A stretch of DNA of 64,000 bases, taken from assembly GCA_963829055.1 (NCBI GenBank), contig CAWHHI010000020.1, forward strand, positions 224,001 to 288,000. Direction: 5' to 3'. A program made the position numbers and the translations under genes. The DNA is from an uncultured Gemmatimonadaceae bacterium (GTDB lineage: Bacteria > Gemmatimonadota > Gemmatimonadetes > Gemmatimonadales > Gemmatimonadaceae). The notes beneath the pieces were generated by a model. The model ran no database searches. It was not told the origin of the DNA and saw only the letters and a list, made by a program, of their open reading frames with translations. This document shows positions 42,560 to 54,478 of this stretch, piece after piece (position 1 is the stretch's first letter; each line of letters starts with the position of its first letter).

Positions 42560-43012
42560 ATGCGTGCACTGGCGAACGTCGACGGCGGCGTCGTGAAAGC
42601 GGAGATCGAGATCGAAGCGCCGCCCGAGCGGGTGTTTCACTCGCTGACCGATCCTGGCGAGCTCGCGGCGTGGTGGGGTTCGGACGACATGTACCGGACG
42701 CACGACTGGCAGATCGACCTCCGGGAGGGCGGGAGGTGGAGCGTGCAGACTCGCGCGACCGATGGCACCCAGATGTCCGTGCACGGGACCTACATCGAGA
42801 TCGACCCGCCGCGCCGTCTCGTGTACACCTGGTGCCCGAGTTGGGACGACTTCGCGGAGACGACGATTGAAGTCGACCTGCAGCCGACGACCGGTGGGAC
42901 TCGCGTGCTCGTGACGCATACCGGCTTCGGCGACCGGGCCACCGCCGCGGAAGGCACCGGCGAGGGCTGGAAGCGCGTGCTCGAGTGGCTGGGGGAGCAC
43001 GTTAGCCGGTAG
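42560..43012 (+). CDS. SRPBCC / AHSA1 domain protein
   Basis: IEAPPERVFHSLTDP..WWG..DLREGGRW..GTYIEIDPPRRLVYTW..GTRVLVTH..GWKRVL. Confidence 0.92.
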   Translation: MRALANVDGGVVKAEIEIEAPPERVFHSLTDPGELAAWWGSDDMYRTHDWQIDLREGGRWSVQTRATDGTQMSVHGTYIEIDPPRRLVYTWCPSWDDFAETTIEVDLQPTTGGTRVLVTHTGFGDRATAAEGTGEGWKRVLEWLGEHVSR

Positions 43013-43088
43013 CCTGGGGCCGAGTCGGTAGTCCAAGGTGTAAGTTCGAAGGGTACGGAAGCGAACACATCCCCGTCCCGAGTCTCAG

Positions 43089-45992
43089 ATGTCCGAGCAC
43101 ATGCCGCCCGAGGATGACCCGATCATCCGCGGCCTCCGCAACGCAGGCATCCGACCGCTGCCGCCTCGCGGTACCGGTCACCGGCCGACGCTCCCGCGAT
43201 CGGCGCTGCTGGTGATTGGCCTGGTGCTGCTCTGCGTCGCGTTCGTTCCATTCCTGGCAGGCCGTCTCACCGATTGGCTCTGGTACCGGGAGATTGGTTT
43301 CGAGCGCGTCTTCCTCACGAAGGTCATCGCCCAGTGGGCCCTTGGGCTTCCCACCGCGCTGATCGCGTTCGTCGTGATGTACGGCAACGCGCGGTTCGCG
43401 TTGCGCGGGGGCGAGCTGCGACGGCAGGCACCGGTGAGCGCCGTGCGATCGGGCGCGGACCTGCGCCAGGCGGCACACAACCTGTTCGAGCGCGGCATCG
43501 AGTGGCTTGCGCTACCGGCAGCGGCGGTGCTCTCGGTGCTCGTCGCGCTCGGTGCCGCGGGCCAGTGGCGCACGCTATTGCAGGCGGCTTACGCGACACC
43601 GTTCGGCGTCAGCGATCCGGTGTTTGGCCGAGACGTGGGCTACTACGTGTTCACGCTCCCGGCCATCGAGCTCGTGACGGGGCTCCTCTACGGGCTTCTC
43701 CTGCTCACGCTCATCGCCGTCGTTCTTCCGATCCATCTCTTTCGGGGCGAGATCGAGCGGTCGCCGCGCGGCGGCATCTCGATCGGGCCGCGTGCCCAGA
43801 CGCATCTGGCGGCGCTCGTCGGCCTGGCGCTCATCGTGACTGCGGTCCGCATCCACTTCGTGCGCATTCCCGGCTTGCTGTTCGGAGAGCATCAGCCGCT
43901 CATCGGGGCGAGCTACGTCGATCTCCACACGCGGCTCCCTGCCCTCCACGTGTTGAGCGTCATCGCACTCGCGGGCGGGCTGCTCATTCTGTGGGCCGGC
44001 ATGCGCGGTCGGCTGGTGGCGATGGCGGCGCGCGTCGTCGTCGGCTACCTGATCGCGACCGGATTGACGGCCCTCGTGCCCGCCGCCTATCAGCGCCTGG
44101 TGGTGCAGCCTAACGAGCTCGCGCGTGAAACGCCGCAGATCCTCAACCACATCCACGCCACACGTCAGGCATGGGGGCTCGAGGGGATCGAAGAGCGCGA
44201 GCTGAGCAGCGACACTCGCCTGACGCCGCAGCTGGTCGCGGCGAACCGGGCGACGATCGACAACGTCCGCCTGTGGGATCGCGAGCCGCTACTGCAGACG
44301 TTCGGGCAGATCCAGTCGATCCGCACGTACTACGACTTCCTCGCTGTGGACGACGATCGCTACCGGATCGGCGGCCAGCTGCGTCAGGTATTGCTGTCGG
44401 CGCGCGAGATGAACACGTCGTCGCTGCCGACGCGCGGGTTCATCAACGAGCATCTGACCTACACGCACGGCATGGGCGTGACGTTAGGTCCGTCCAACGC
44501 GGTCACGAGCGAGGGCCTGCCGGTCCTGTTCATCAAGGATCTGCCGCCGGTGTCGACGATCGATGTGAAGGTCACGCGGCCGCAGATCTACTACGGCGAG
44601 ATGTCGAACGACTTCGTGCTCGCGCCGAGTCGGCAGCGGGAGTTCGACTATCCGGCAGGGGAAGGCGATGCAGCAGCGTACTCGTCGTACGACGGACGCG
44701 GTGGTGTGGACGCGTGGATCGTTCGCTCGGCGGCTGCTGTACGCGATTCGCTTCGGGTCGCTCAACATCCTGCTGTCGAACGATCTCACGGATCGCACGA
44801 AGATTCTCTACTACCGCGACGTGAACGAGCGCGCCGAACGGGCGCTCCCGTTCGTGGCGTTCGATCGCGACGCGTACCTCGTGATCACCGACGCCGGGCG
44901 CCTCGTGTGGATGCTCGACGGCTACACGACGTCCGACCGGTACCCGTATGCGCGCGGAGTTGGCGACGGCGTGAACTACATGCGCAACAGCGTGAAGGTG
45001 ACGGTGGACGCGTACGACGGGAACGTGCGTGCGTACCTCGCGGCACCTAACGATCCGATCATCCGGACGCTGACGCGGATCTATCCGGGGCTGCTGCAGC
45101 CACTGGATTCGATGCCCGCCGACCTGCGCGCGCACGTCCGGTATCCACAGGACCTCTTCCAGCTGCAGAGCGCCTTGTTCGCCACGTATCACATGGCGAA
45201 CCCCGAGACGTTCTACCATCGCGAGGATCAGTGGCAGATCCCTAACGTGGCCAGCGGCTCCAGCGCGAGCGAATCACAGGGGCGGTCCGCATCCGAGGCG
45301 TTCCTGCGTCACATGGTGATGCGTCTGCCGGGCGAACGTGACGCCCGAGTTCATCCTCATGCGGCCGTTCACGCCACGGCAGAAGGACAACCTCGCGGCG
45401 TGGATGGTGGCGCGGAACGACGGCGCGAACTACGGCAAGCTCGCGGTCTACCGTTTCCCGCGGCAGAGTCTCGTGTTCGGCCCGAACCAGATCGTGAATC
45501 GCATCAATCAGGATACCGAGGTCGTCGCGGCAGATCACACTCTGGGATCAGCGCGGGTCGGAGGTGCTGCGCGGAGAGCTGCTCGTACTGCCGATCGAGG
45601 GCGCGCTGATCTACGTGCAGCCGCTGTACCTTCGCGCGCAGGGCGGACGCATTCCCGAGCTCAAGCGCGTCGTCGCGGCACACGAGGGGCGCGTCTCGAT
45701 GGCGGAAACGCTGGACGGCGCGCTCGCCGCATTGCTCGGTGGGAGTGTGCCGGCCGCGGATTCGACTGCCGCCGTGGTCGCGTCGACTCCAAGCGAGACG
45801 CCGCCTGGAGCGAGCGGCGCAGCGCCGCCAACGGTCGCCGCGGGCGCGGCCGAGCTCACGAAGCAGGCGCGTGAGCACTACGATCGCGCGCGGGCAGCGC
45901 AGCGCGCCGACGACTGGGCGACGTACGGCGCCGAGATGCGCCGGCTCGGTGAGGTGCTACGACAACTCGAGGCCGGAGGAAAGAGGCCATAG
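43089..45992 (+). CDS. UPF0182 family membrane protein; frameshifts near 44710, 45340 and 45530
   Basis: [87 protein letters not shown]. Confidence 0.93.
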
Positions 45993-46017
45993 GAAGGAGG
46001 CCTGAGGAAGGAGGAGT

Positions 46018-46148
46018 TGTCATCCCGAGCGTCAGCAGTTGTCATCCCGAGCGCAGCGAGGGATCTCTCGACGTCATCGTGGATCTCGTGGCTCGGCCGA
46101 GCTACGATGAACGGTCGAGAAGATCCCTCGCGGATGCTCGGGATGACA
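46018..46148. repeat. Family A copy 3
   Basis: TGTCATCCCGAG (x2)..GAGGGATCT / AGATCCCTC..CTCGGGATGACA; between convergent genes. Confidence 0.9.
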
Positions 46149-46227
46149 TGCCCTTTTCCGCCGTCCGCCGTCCGCCGTCCGCCGTCCGCCCTCCTTCCTC
46201 AGGCTGCCGCCGGATGCTCCGCGTCGT

Positions 46228-46908
46228 CTACTGGTCGCCGAGTGGAGTGATCTTGACTCCGCCGTTAGGCGCGTCGAGCAGGAGCACCGTCCTGATCCAC
46301 AGCGCGTCCACGCGAATCGGCGCGCTCTCGGCCAACACCTGCGTCCCACCTTTCGGCGTCACCCGGATCACCCAGTTGCCCGGGGTGCTCTCCATGAATG
46401 GCGTCTTGGCCTCGAACGGGAATGGATCCATGAACTTCACGAACGTCGAGAAGTCGGGCTGCGTGCGGTAGACGTCGATCGCCGGCGCGTTCGCGGCGAG
46501 GTGTATCACGCGCAGCTTGCCCTTTCCGGCAACCGGTGTCGCGCCGGTATCCCCGAGCGCGACCGGAGTGAGCGCGCTCGGGGTCCCGGTCACCACCACG
46601 CGCGTCGTGTCGCCGGCGCGTAGCGTGACGGTCGTCCCACCCTGGGACGGGGCCGTACCTGCGGGCACGACCTTCACCTGATGCTGACCTAACGAGAGCG
46701 CGATGGGACTCGACGGAACGCCGTACGCCACGCTCGTGAGGCGGGTCTGGCCGTCGACGACGACGTCGACGGACGCGACCGCCGCGACGCCGGGTACGAC
46801 CTGCAAGCGACCGTCGGTATTGCCGGTAGTAGCCGGGCCGGAGGGATCATCGGAGCAGGCGGCCGCGGTGAGCAAGGCTGGCAGCAGCCACAAGGTTCGA
46901 GCGTTCAT
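46228..46908 (-). CDS. DUF4397 domain lipoprotein
   Basis: Lipobox LTAAAC; VDVVVDG; KLRVIHLAANAPAIDVY. Confidence 0.8.
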   Translation of the reverse strand: MNARTLWLLPALLTAAACSDDPSGPATTGNTDGRLQVVPGVAAVASVDVVVDGQTRLTSVAYGVPSSPIALSLGQHQVKVVPAGTAPSQGGTTVTLRAGDTTRVVVTGTPSALTPVALGDTGATPVAGKGKLRVIHLAANAPAIDVYRTQPDFSTFVKFMDPFPFEAKTPFMESTPGNWVIRVTPKGGTQVLAESAPIRVDALWIRTVLLLDAPNGGVKITPLGDQ

Positions 46909-47051
46909 GCGAGGCTCCCATCTTGAATGGAGGTTGGTTCTCTCAATCCTTGAAACCCCGGGGGCGCTCGGGGCGTCACCGCCAGCCGGCAAACTGCAAG
47001 CTGGTTGCTGGGTGGTCGTGCTGGGTGCTGGGTGACGCTGGGTGGGAGCTA

Positions 47052-47181
47052 TGTCATCCCGAGGAGCGCAAGCGACGAGGGACCTTCTGTAATGTCATTG
47101 TAGCCGGACAGGCCACAATCACGTTCACAGAAGATCCCTCGCTGCCGCTCGGGATGACAGCAGCTGACGCTCGGGATGACA
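47052..47181. repeat. Family A copy 4
   Basis: TGTCATCCCGAGG..GAGGGACCTTCTGT / ACAGAAGATCCCTC..CTCGGGATGACA (x2). Confidence 0.9.
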
Positions 47182-47185
47182 GACG

Positions 47186-48100
47186 TTATTCGATCGCTAC
47201 GTATGTGCCCGACGCTCGTCTCCGCGTGTTCTTCTCCACGAGCATCAGCGCATCCGCCTCGGCGATGAGATCGTTCAGCTTCACGCTCGGGCCGGCCGTG
47301 AAGCACAGTACGCCCGCGCTGATGGACAGCCGCGGGACACCGGCGTCCGCGTTGTCGTTGCGTAACGCGATCTGATGCTGGAGCTTGGCCAGCACGTGGT
47401 GCGCGTCCTCCTGGGTCGCTCCGTCCGCGAGCACGACGAACTCGTCACCGCCCATGCGTGCTACCAGGTCGGTACGACGGAACGCCGACTGAAGCGCGCG
47501 CGCCGCATCCACCAACAGCCGGTCGCCCGCTTCGTGACCCATCGTGTCGTTCGCTGCCTTGAGACCGTCGACGTCCGCGAAGATCAGCAGACACAGCGAC
47601 GCGCCGCGCTCGAGCAGCTGCAGGCGCTGGTCGGCCATCGTGAGGAACGCGCGCCGGTTGTGTAGCCCCGTCAGCTCGTCCGTGAGCGACAGCGCACTGA
47701 TCTCTTCCAGCAGCCGATGCCGTTCGCGTGCATAACGAATCGCGCGCTCGAGCATGTCGCTCGTCACACGACCCTTCACGAGATAGTCGGCGGCCCCGGC
47801 GTGCATCGCGTTGAGATCGGTCGTGCGATCCGCCTGCCCGGTCAACATGATGACCGGCGTTCGGCATCCCCGCGCGCGCGCCTCGCGAAGCAGGTCGAGC
47901 CCCGTCTCGCTGCCGAGATGAAAATCCAGGAGCGCCACGTCGAACGGCGTCTCCGTCAACAGGTCGAGTCCCGCGGTGCGCGTGCTCGCCCACTCCACGG
48001 TGACCTGACCGCCAAAACCTTCGGCGAGCAGGTCCCGGGTCAGGACGAAATCATCCTCGTCATCCTCCACGAGGAGCACACGCACCACGACGTCATGCAT
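47186..48100 (-). CDS. Response regulator plus diguanylate cyclase (REC-GGDEF)
   Basis: VLLVEDD..LLDFHL..DYLVKG; TDELTGLHNRR, DVDGLKAAND..GHEAGD, RMGGDEF. Confidence 0.93.
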   Translation of the reverse strand: MHDVVVRVLLVEDDEDDFVLTRDLLAEGFGGQVTVEWASTRTAGLDLLTETPFDVALLDFHLGSETGLDLLREARARGCRTPVIMLTGQADRTTDLNAMHAGAADYLVKGRVTSDMLERAIRYARERHRLLEEISALSLTDELTGLHNRRAFLTMADQRLQLLERGASLCLLIFADVDGLKAANDTMGHEAGDRLLVDAARALQSAFRRTDLVARMGGDEFVVLADGATQEDAHHVLAKLQHQIALRNDNADAGVPRLSISAGVLCFTAGPSVKLNDLIAEADALMLVEKNTRRRASGTYVAIE

Positions 48101-48557
48101 GCTGGTGTGTGCCTCCCGGGAGCTCGACGATCTCGAACCAGTACGTGCCTAACGCGCGTACGATGTCCACGAGCCGGTCGAACGTCACCGGCTTCGAGAT
48201 GAAGGAGTTGGCGCCGAGGTCGTAGGACCGCAGCACGTCTTCCTCGGTCTTCGATGTCGTGAGGATGACGACGGGAATGCGGCGGAGGTCCGGATCGCGC
48301 TTGATCTCCTGGAGCGCCTGCCGGCCGTCCTTTCGCGGCATGTTGAGATCGAGCAGGATGAGTCCCGGACGCGGCGCGTCGACGACGGCGTACTTGCCGC
48401 GACGCATCAGATAGTCCATGAGCTCCTGCCCGTCCTCCACACAGCGGAACGTGTTGCCGAGGCGACTCTCGCGCATCGCGTCCGCTGCCATCATGCGGTC
48501 GTCCGCGTCGTCATCGGCCATGAGGATCGTGATGGTCCCCGGTGCTTCATGCTGCAT
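48093..48557 (-). CDS. Single-domain response regulator (Rcp1-like)
   Basis: ILMADDD, LILLDLNMPRKDG, IPVVILTTS, SYDLGANSFISKP, YWF. Confidence 0.93.
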   Translation of the reverse strand: MQHEAPGTITILMADDDADDRMMAADAMRESRLGNTFRCVEDGQELMDYLMRRGKYAVVDAPRPGLILLDLNMPRKDGRQALQEIKRDPDLRRIPVVILTTSKTEEDVLRSYDLGANSFISKPVTFDRLVDIVRALGTYWFEIVELPGGTHQHA

Positions 48558-51500
48558 GCTGCCGCTCTCCGATTCGCTCCTGAGTGGGAAGGGCCAGAAC
48601 GAAGCGTGAGCCCTTTCCGGGCACACCCTCCGCGTGGATCGTACCGCCATGTCGTTCGACGATCTTCTGGCAGATCGTCAGGCCAATGCCCGTACCCTCG
48701 TACTCCGAGCGTCCGTGGAGTCGATGGAACGGCAGGAAGACGCGCTCCGCGTCCTTGTTGTCGAAGCCGATGCCGTTGTCCTCCACGAAGATCTCGGTCT
48801 GTCCGGGCGAGCGACGCAGCGCGTAGACCTGCACCACTGGCGCCTCGCCCGGTTTGTGGAACTTGAGTGCGTTGCCGATGAGATTCTGAAAGACCTGACG
48901 AATCTGCACGGGGTCACCTTCGATGCGCGGCAGCTCCCCGACGTTCACGGTGCCGCCGGTCGACTGGATACGGACCTCGAGGTCGCTCAGCACCTCGTGC
49001 ACGAGCGGGACGAGGTCGATCAGCTCCGCTTCTTTCTTCTTCGTCGTGATGCGCGAGAGGCTGAGCAGCGCGTCGATCAGACGCTGCATGCGCGCCGCCG
49101 CGCCGTTCATGCGTTGCAGGTAATCGCGTCCCTGATCATCCAGCGCGGCCGAGTACTGCTTCGTCACGCGGTCGGAGAACGCCTGGATCTTGCGCAGCGG
49201 CTCCTGCAGGTCGTGCGATGCCACGTACGCGAAGTGCTCGAGATCGCGGTTCGACGCCTCGAGGTGGACGTTCTTTTCCGCGAGCTCGTGCGTGTGCCGT
49301 GCGACGAGCGCCTGCAGCCCGCGCCGCTCGCGTCGGAGCGAGCGCACGTGGAAGAGCGGGAGTCCGGCAGCGGCGCAGAGCAGGCCCAGCACGCCTAACG
49401 TCCGGAACCACCACGTCTGCCAGTACGCCGGCAGGATCTCGAACGCGAGCCCCGCCGGTACGGAGCTGGACGCGCGCCCGTTCACCGCCAGCACCTCGAA
49501 GCGATAGTTCCCTGGCGCCAGTCCGGCGTAGGTGATGGTGCGATCGGATGTCAGCGCCGACCAACGCTCGTTCGTCCCGGCCAGGCGGTAGCGAAAGCGC
49601 ACCGCCGACTCATCGCGGAATGTCGGTGACGAGAAGCCGATGCGCACCGACCCCACGACTCAGTCGAGCGATCGCGTTCGGTGTGCCGGTGACGATGGGT
49701 GATCCGTCGAGTGTCGCCTCCTCGATGAAGATCGGCGGCTCGATCGGCTTCACCGCGCCAAGCGCTTCGGTGTATCGCAGCAGACCGGCACCGGTTCCGA
49801 ACCAGAGGTTACCCTCGCGGTCCTCGAACGAGGCGCTCGCCGTGCCCTCGAGGTCGATGAGTCCATCGCCACGCCCGTAATGCGTCAGGTCCTCACCGGT
49901 GAAGCGGTCAATGCCTTCGCTGCCGAACAGCCAGACATGGCCGCGAGAGTCGCCGAGGATCTGCCAGATGAAGTTGGAGGCGAGGCCGTCGTGGCTCGTG
50001 AAGCGTCGAACGCCGCGGTCGTTGATCCGCAGCGCGCCGTCACCATTCGTGCCCGCCCACATGTTGCCCTGGGAGTCGAGCTGCAGGTCCCAGACGGTCT
50101 GATCGCTTCCACCTTCGTTCGGGCCGATGATGCGGACCGAGTCGCCATCGAGGATAGCCACACCGCCGGCGGTACGGCCCAACCAGAGCCGGCCCTGCTG
50201 GTCACGCGCCATGGAGATGATGCCGGACTTCGTGACCTCCGCCGGACCGATCGTCGTTATGCGCCCTCGTTCCCAGCGCGCGAGCCCGCGTTCGGTTCCG
50301 ATCCACACGCCGCCCTTCTCGTCCGGCAGCAAGCAGTACACCGCCTCGCCTGGCAGGCCCTCCTTCTCGCCATAGAGCCGCGTGCGGCCATTCTGGTACC
50401 ACACGAGCCCCCCACGCGTGCCAACGAGCATCCCGTCGTTAGGCTCGCGGGCCAGACCGTAGACGCGCTGGTCGGGCACTCCGGGGAGTGGAATCTGGCG
50501 GAAGCGCTCGCCCTCTCGCACCGCGACGCCGTTCCGCGTGCCAATCCACATCCTGCCTTGCTGATCGAACACCATGTCGCGCACGAACGGACTCGGCAGC
50601 CCATCGTCCGTCGTGTACGTGCGGAACGGCCCTGGAGCGTGCTTGCTCGCGCCGTTCTCGGTGCCGAACCAGATGTCGCCTTCGCGGTCGACCATGATGC
50701 GGATGACGAGATCGGACGACAGCCCATTCGCCTTGCCGATGTGGCTTACCTGGCCATTTTGAATGCGGAGCGCCCCGGTACGCGTCGCGACCCAGATCGT
50801 CCCAGTCTGGTCCATCGCGCCATCGATGAACGCGGTGCCCGGCGGGATCAATCCCTCGGCGATTGGAGTGACGGAGTCGCCGAAGCGGAGGTAGAGGTGC
50901 CCTTCGACGCCGATCAACAGTCCGCCGCGTGCCGCCGAGATGAACTGAACGGCGGTGTCGCCCGGGAGCTGGATCGCGTCGCGGACGAATCGGTCACCCT
51001 CGCGGCGTACCAACCCGTTAGGCGTCGCGACCCACACGCGTTTCGCCGAGTCCACCACGACGCTGATGACGCGCTCGGCCGGAAGTCCGTCCGCGGTCGT
51101 GTAGTTGCGGATCGTTCCGTTGGCCAGGTGCGAAAGCCCGACCAACGTTCCGATCCACGCGCCGCCAGTGCCGTCGAGTGTAATCGTGCGTGCGTTGTCG
51201 CTGACGAGGCCGTCGCTCTGGCGGCGGCACCGGAACTGGCCGTTCTCGCGAATACACAAGCCGCCCGACGTGGCGACGAGCATGCGCCCGCGGTCGTCCT
51301 CGACGATGTCGAAGACCGAGTTGGACGAGAGGCCGTTCTCCTTCGTGTACGTCCGGAACTGGCTGCCGTCGAGTCGACTGAGCCCGCCGTACGTGGCGAA
51401 CCACATGTAGCCGAGTCGGTCCTGGTACATCCCCATGACCTGGGCCTGGGGAAGTCCGTCGGCGCCCGTATACTGGCGAAAGTTGAGCGTCTGCGCGTGC

Positions 51501-51625
51501 ACGCTGAGCGCAGTGATCGCGTTGAAGGCAACGGCGACAACGGCGACGACGAGTGCACGAAGACCTAACGATGGCCTGGAGGAGCGATCGTTGGTCGTCG
51601 GTGCATGGTTCGAGCTGCAAGCCAT
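48547..51625 (-). CDS. Sensor histidine kinase with periplasmic beta-propeller (Reg_prop) and Y_Y_Y domains; frameshift near 49650
   Basis: Repeated DGL..W.GT motifs; FRYRLAG..YAGLAPGNYRFEV; FAYVASHDLQEPLRK; NLIGNALKF, DNGIG, GTGIGL. Start uncertain. Confidence 0.92.
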
Positions 51626-51817
51626 TCTCGTGCGTCCCGGCAATGTGTTTGAGGCGGTCGATGCGACTAGTAGGAGGACGACCCGCGGGACGCCCCCGTT
51701 ATAGGTATCGGGGAAATCGGCTAGAATCTGAACAGCCGAGTGGACGGCCTGATAAGCGGGCGAGATGCCCTGTCTGCCAAGGCCGTGCGCCGAGTGACAC
51801 GTCGGTGGTGCGATGCA

Positions 51818-53468
51818 TCACCTCGTGTCAGGTCGCCCGCGACGCAGAACGGACAGGACGAGCTCACGTTCTCGAGGCGTCAGCTCTCCCGTCGCCATGA
51901 GCACCACGACCACCAGCGTCGACAGCACGGCCAGCTCGACGAACACCATCGCGCCCGACGTCACCCACCGCGTGCCGACGACAATAGCGACGGTCGTCGC
52001 AAGCACCACGCGCAGGATGGTTGCCGGCACAGCGCGAGCTGACGCTCGCGCGGCGTCAGCTCGCCCATCACGATCAGGAGCAGCGATCACCGCGAGCGAC
52101 AGCACCGACAGCTCGACGAACACCATCGCGCCCGTCGTCGCCCACCGCGTGCCGACGACGATCGCCAGCACGGTCGTCGCGAGCGCTGCGCGCAGGGTCG
52201 CCGGCGGGCCACATGTGCCACGCACGTCGCACCGCCACCAACGCGAGCACCGCACCGACAGCCGCCACCGCCATCGTCACGACGGCCGCGCCGCTGGCGC
52301 CGTATCGCGGGATCACGAGCAGGTGACCCGCGACCGCGAGTGGCACAATGGGCAGCGCCGCGATCATCGCCCACGTCGCTTTGCCGGCCGCGGTGAGCAA
52401 CGCTGACGCGACCGAGATCACCACCACGGCGATCGCGCCGAAGATCAGGACGGACAGGAGCGCACCGGTCGGCGCGAACCGGGCGCCGAAGATCAGCGTC
52501 GCCAGTCCGGTCGAGGCGCCGGCCGCAACACCGGCGAACGGGAACAGCAGCAGGACGCCACGCAACGCGTTATGCACGAGCGAGCGCGCGCCGGCGTCAT
52601 CACCGAGGCGGATGGCGCGGCTCAGCGTCGAGAGCAGCAGCGTCGTCACCGACAGCGCGATGAGACCGGGCACGATCGTCAGGTTCTGGGCCGCACCGTA
52701 AATGCCGGCGATCGCCGCACCGGCGCCGAGCCCTTTGAGCATGAAGAGATCGAGCCTGTCGAAGAGTCGGAGCGACACGGCTGCCGCGAACAGGGGCACG
52801 GCGTACGACCACATTGCGCTGGCGTTGCCGCGACGCGCATCGCCGAGGCGCGGCTTCACGAACGAGCGCGCGACCGCGAGCTCCACCACTGACGCGCCGA
52901 CGATACCAGCGAGCGCGCCGTCGACGCCGAAGCCCGCGCTCACGAGCGCCAGCATGAGCACCATGCGGCCCATCCACCGCCACGCGGCGACGGTCGCGCG
53001 TCGTCCGTACTGACCCGTGCCGATCATCACCTGCTGGTGCGCCTGCGTCACCATGAACAGTGGAACGTCCAGGGCCAGCAACCGTAAGTGACGCGACAGC
53101 GACGGCTCGTGCATCAGCGCGCCTAACGACGGCGACGCGACCCACAGCACGAGCAGGCCCAGCATGCCCGTGATCGCGAACACGCGCAGCACCATCCCGC
53201 CAGCCGGACGCCAATCATCGGCGTCCGCGACATGCGCGTCCGCGATATGCTTCACGGCTGCGCGCGCGAACAGCGACGTGAGCGTCCATTCCAGCCACGC
53301 GACGATGGCGACCGTCAGCGTGAAGAGGCCGTAGTCGTCCGGGCCGAAGCGACGCGCGAGAAACCCGGCGGTGATGATTGCCGTGGGGAGCGACACCGCT
53401 TCGGCGACGAAGACGCGGGACGATCCTCCGAAGACCTCGCTCGTCGCCGACGCCGCGCGCACGCTCAC
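51818..53468 (-). CDS. Wzx-like oligosaccharide flippase; frameshifts and a duplicated 3' segment make the end uncertain
   Basis: LARRFGPDDYGLF, RLDLFML, AGIYGAA, LVIPRYGASGAAV; many TM helices. Confidence 0.85.
51859..52210. repeat. Diverged head-to-tail duplication of about 176 bp
   Basis: 51859-52034 versus 52035-52210 share CAGCTCGACGAACACCATCGCGCCCG and CCCACCGCGTGCCGACGAC. Confidence 0.85.
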
Positions 53469-54478
53469 GATGCCGTCATTTCACCGCGTCGCGTGTGGCT
53501 CGTTTGCTTCGTGTGTTTCATCCGGTGCCACTCGTACGCCGCGAGCTTCGCGTGCGTGTCGCCCGCCCCGAACGCATAGCCAGCCATCTGTCCGATGCCG
53601 TCGAGCACGAGCCCGATCGTCAGCGTCGGGACGACGCGGGCGAGGAACGGCGCCCCGCGTCCGAGCCGTCGCGCGTGACCGAGCGTGCGCGCGAGCCTAA
53701 CGAGCGGAATGGCCGGCGAGGCGGCGACGAACGCCAGGCGGCGGACGAGCGACCACTCCGCCGAGCGCGTGTCGGCGAACGCGCGTCCGTTGAGGAACAT
53801 CACCGGCAGCCACGACGACCAGAACCCGAAGTTCGTGTGGGCCGTGTGCGCGGCGGGCTCGAGGAGCAGGCGATGTCCCTTGCCGCGCAGATCCCACATG
53901 AGGACGGTCTCCGCCTCCATCAAGGTCTCGAGCGCTGTCCCGTACTCGATGAGGACCGCACGCTTGTAGCTGCTGTTGTGACCGGGCAGGAACTCCGTGT
54001 CCTGCCGCACGATAGGCGCAGCCCACGGTCCGTACCCGATGAGAAAATCGGCCCAGCTGACGATCGAGTCGGGATTCGCGTTATGCATGGCCGGCCCCAC
54101 CGCCGCGACCTCTTCGCGATGGGCGGCGAGCAATGCCTCGGCCCATGTGGTCGACGGAAAGCAGTGCTCTTCCCCGAACGCGACGATGGGCGCGCTCGCG
54201 GCGCGGATCCCAGCAGCGCGTCCCGGCCCCGTTGGCGTGAGCGACGCCATCGGAACGACGCGCACGCCGGCCAGCGGCGCGACGAGATCGTCGTCAACGT
54301 CGATGCGCGCTGCTTCGGGCGCGACGATCACGAGCTCGATACGCTCGCGCACCGTCTGCCGCGTCAGGCACTTGACCGTGCGGCGGATGGTCTCGAACGA
54401 GTCCGGCGTGATGAGTACGACCGACAGCGCTGGCGTCGCGTCGCTCGAAGCGGGGGACGGTTCAGGCTCCTGAGACAT
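53465..54478 (-). CDS. Glycosyltransferase family 2-like protein
   Basis: LSVVLIT..CLTRQT..IELVIV, GIRAASAPIVAFGEEHC, PGHNSSYKR; GEEH replaces the usual DxD. Confidence 0.8.
   Translation of the reverse strand: MSQEPEPSPASSDATPALSVVLITPDSFETIRRTVKCLTRQTVRERIELVIVAPEAARIDVDDDLVAPLAGVRVVPMASLTPTGPGRAAGIRAASAPIVAFGEEHCFPSTTWAEALLAAHREEVAAVGPAMHNANPDSIVSWADFLIGYGPWAAPIVRQDTEFLPGHNSSYKRAVLIEYGTALETLMEAETVLMWDLRGKGHRLLLEPAAHTAHTNFGFWSSWLPVMFLNGRAFADTRSAEWSLVRRLAFVAASPAIPLVRLARTLGHARRLGRGAPFLARVVPTLTIGLVLDGIGQMAGYAFGAGDTHAKLAAYEWHRMKHTKQTSHTRRGEMTAS

Noticed and set aside
49880..51568. Long alternative-frame ORFs (e.g. 562 aa on plus; 15272-16567; 40434-41531)
   Set aside because: Antisense to well-supported genes; expected in high-GC DNA.
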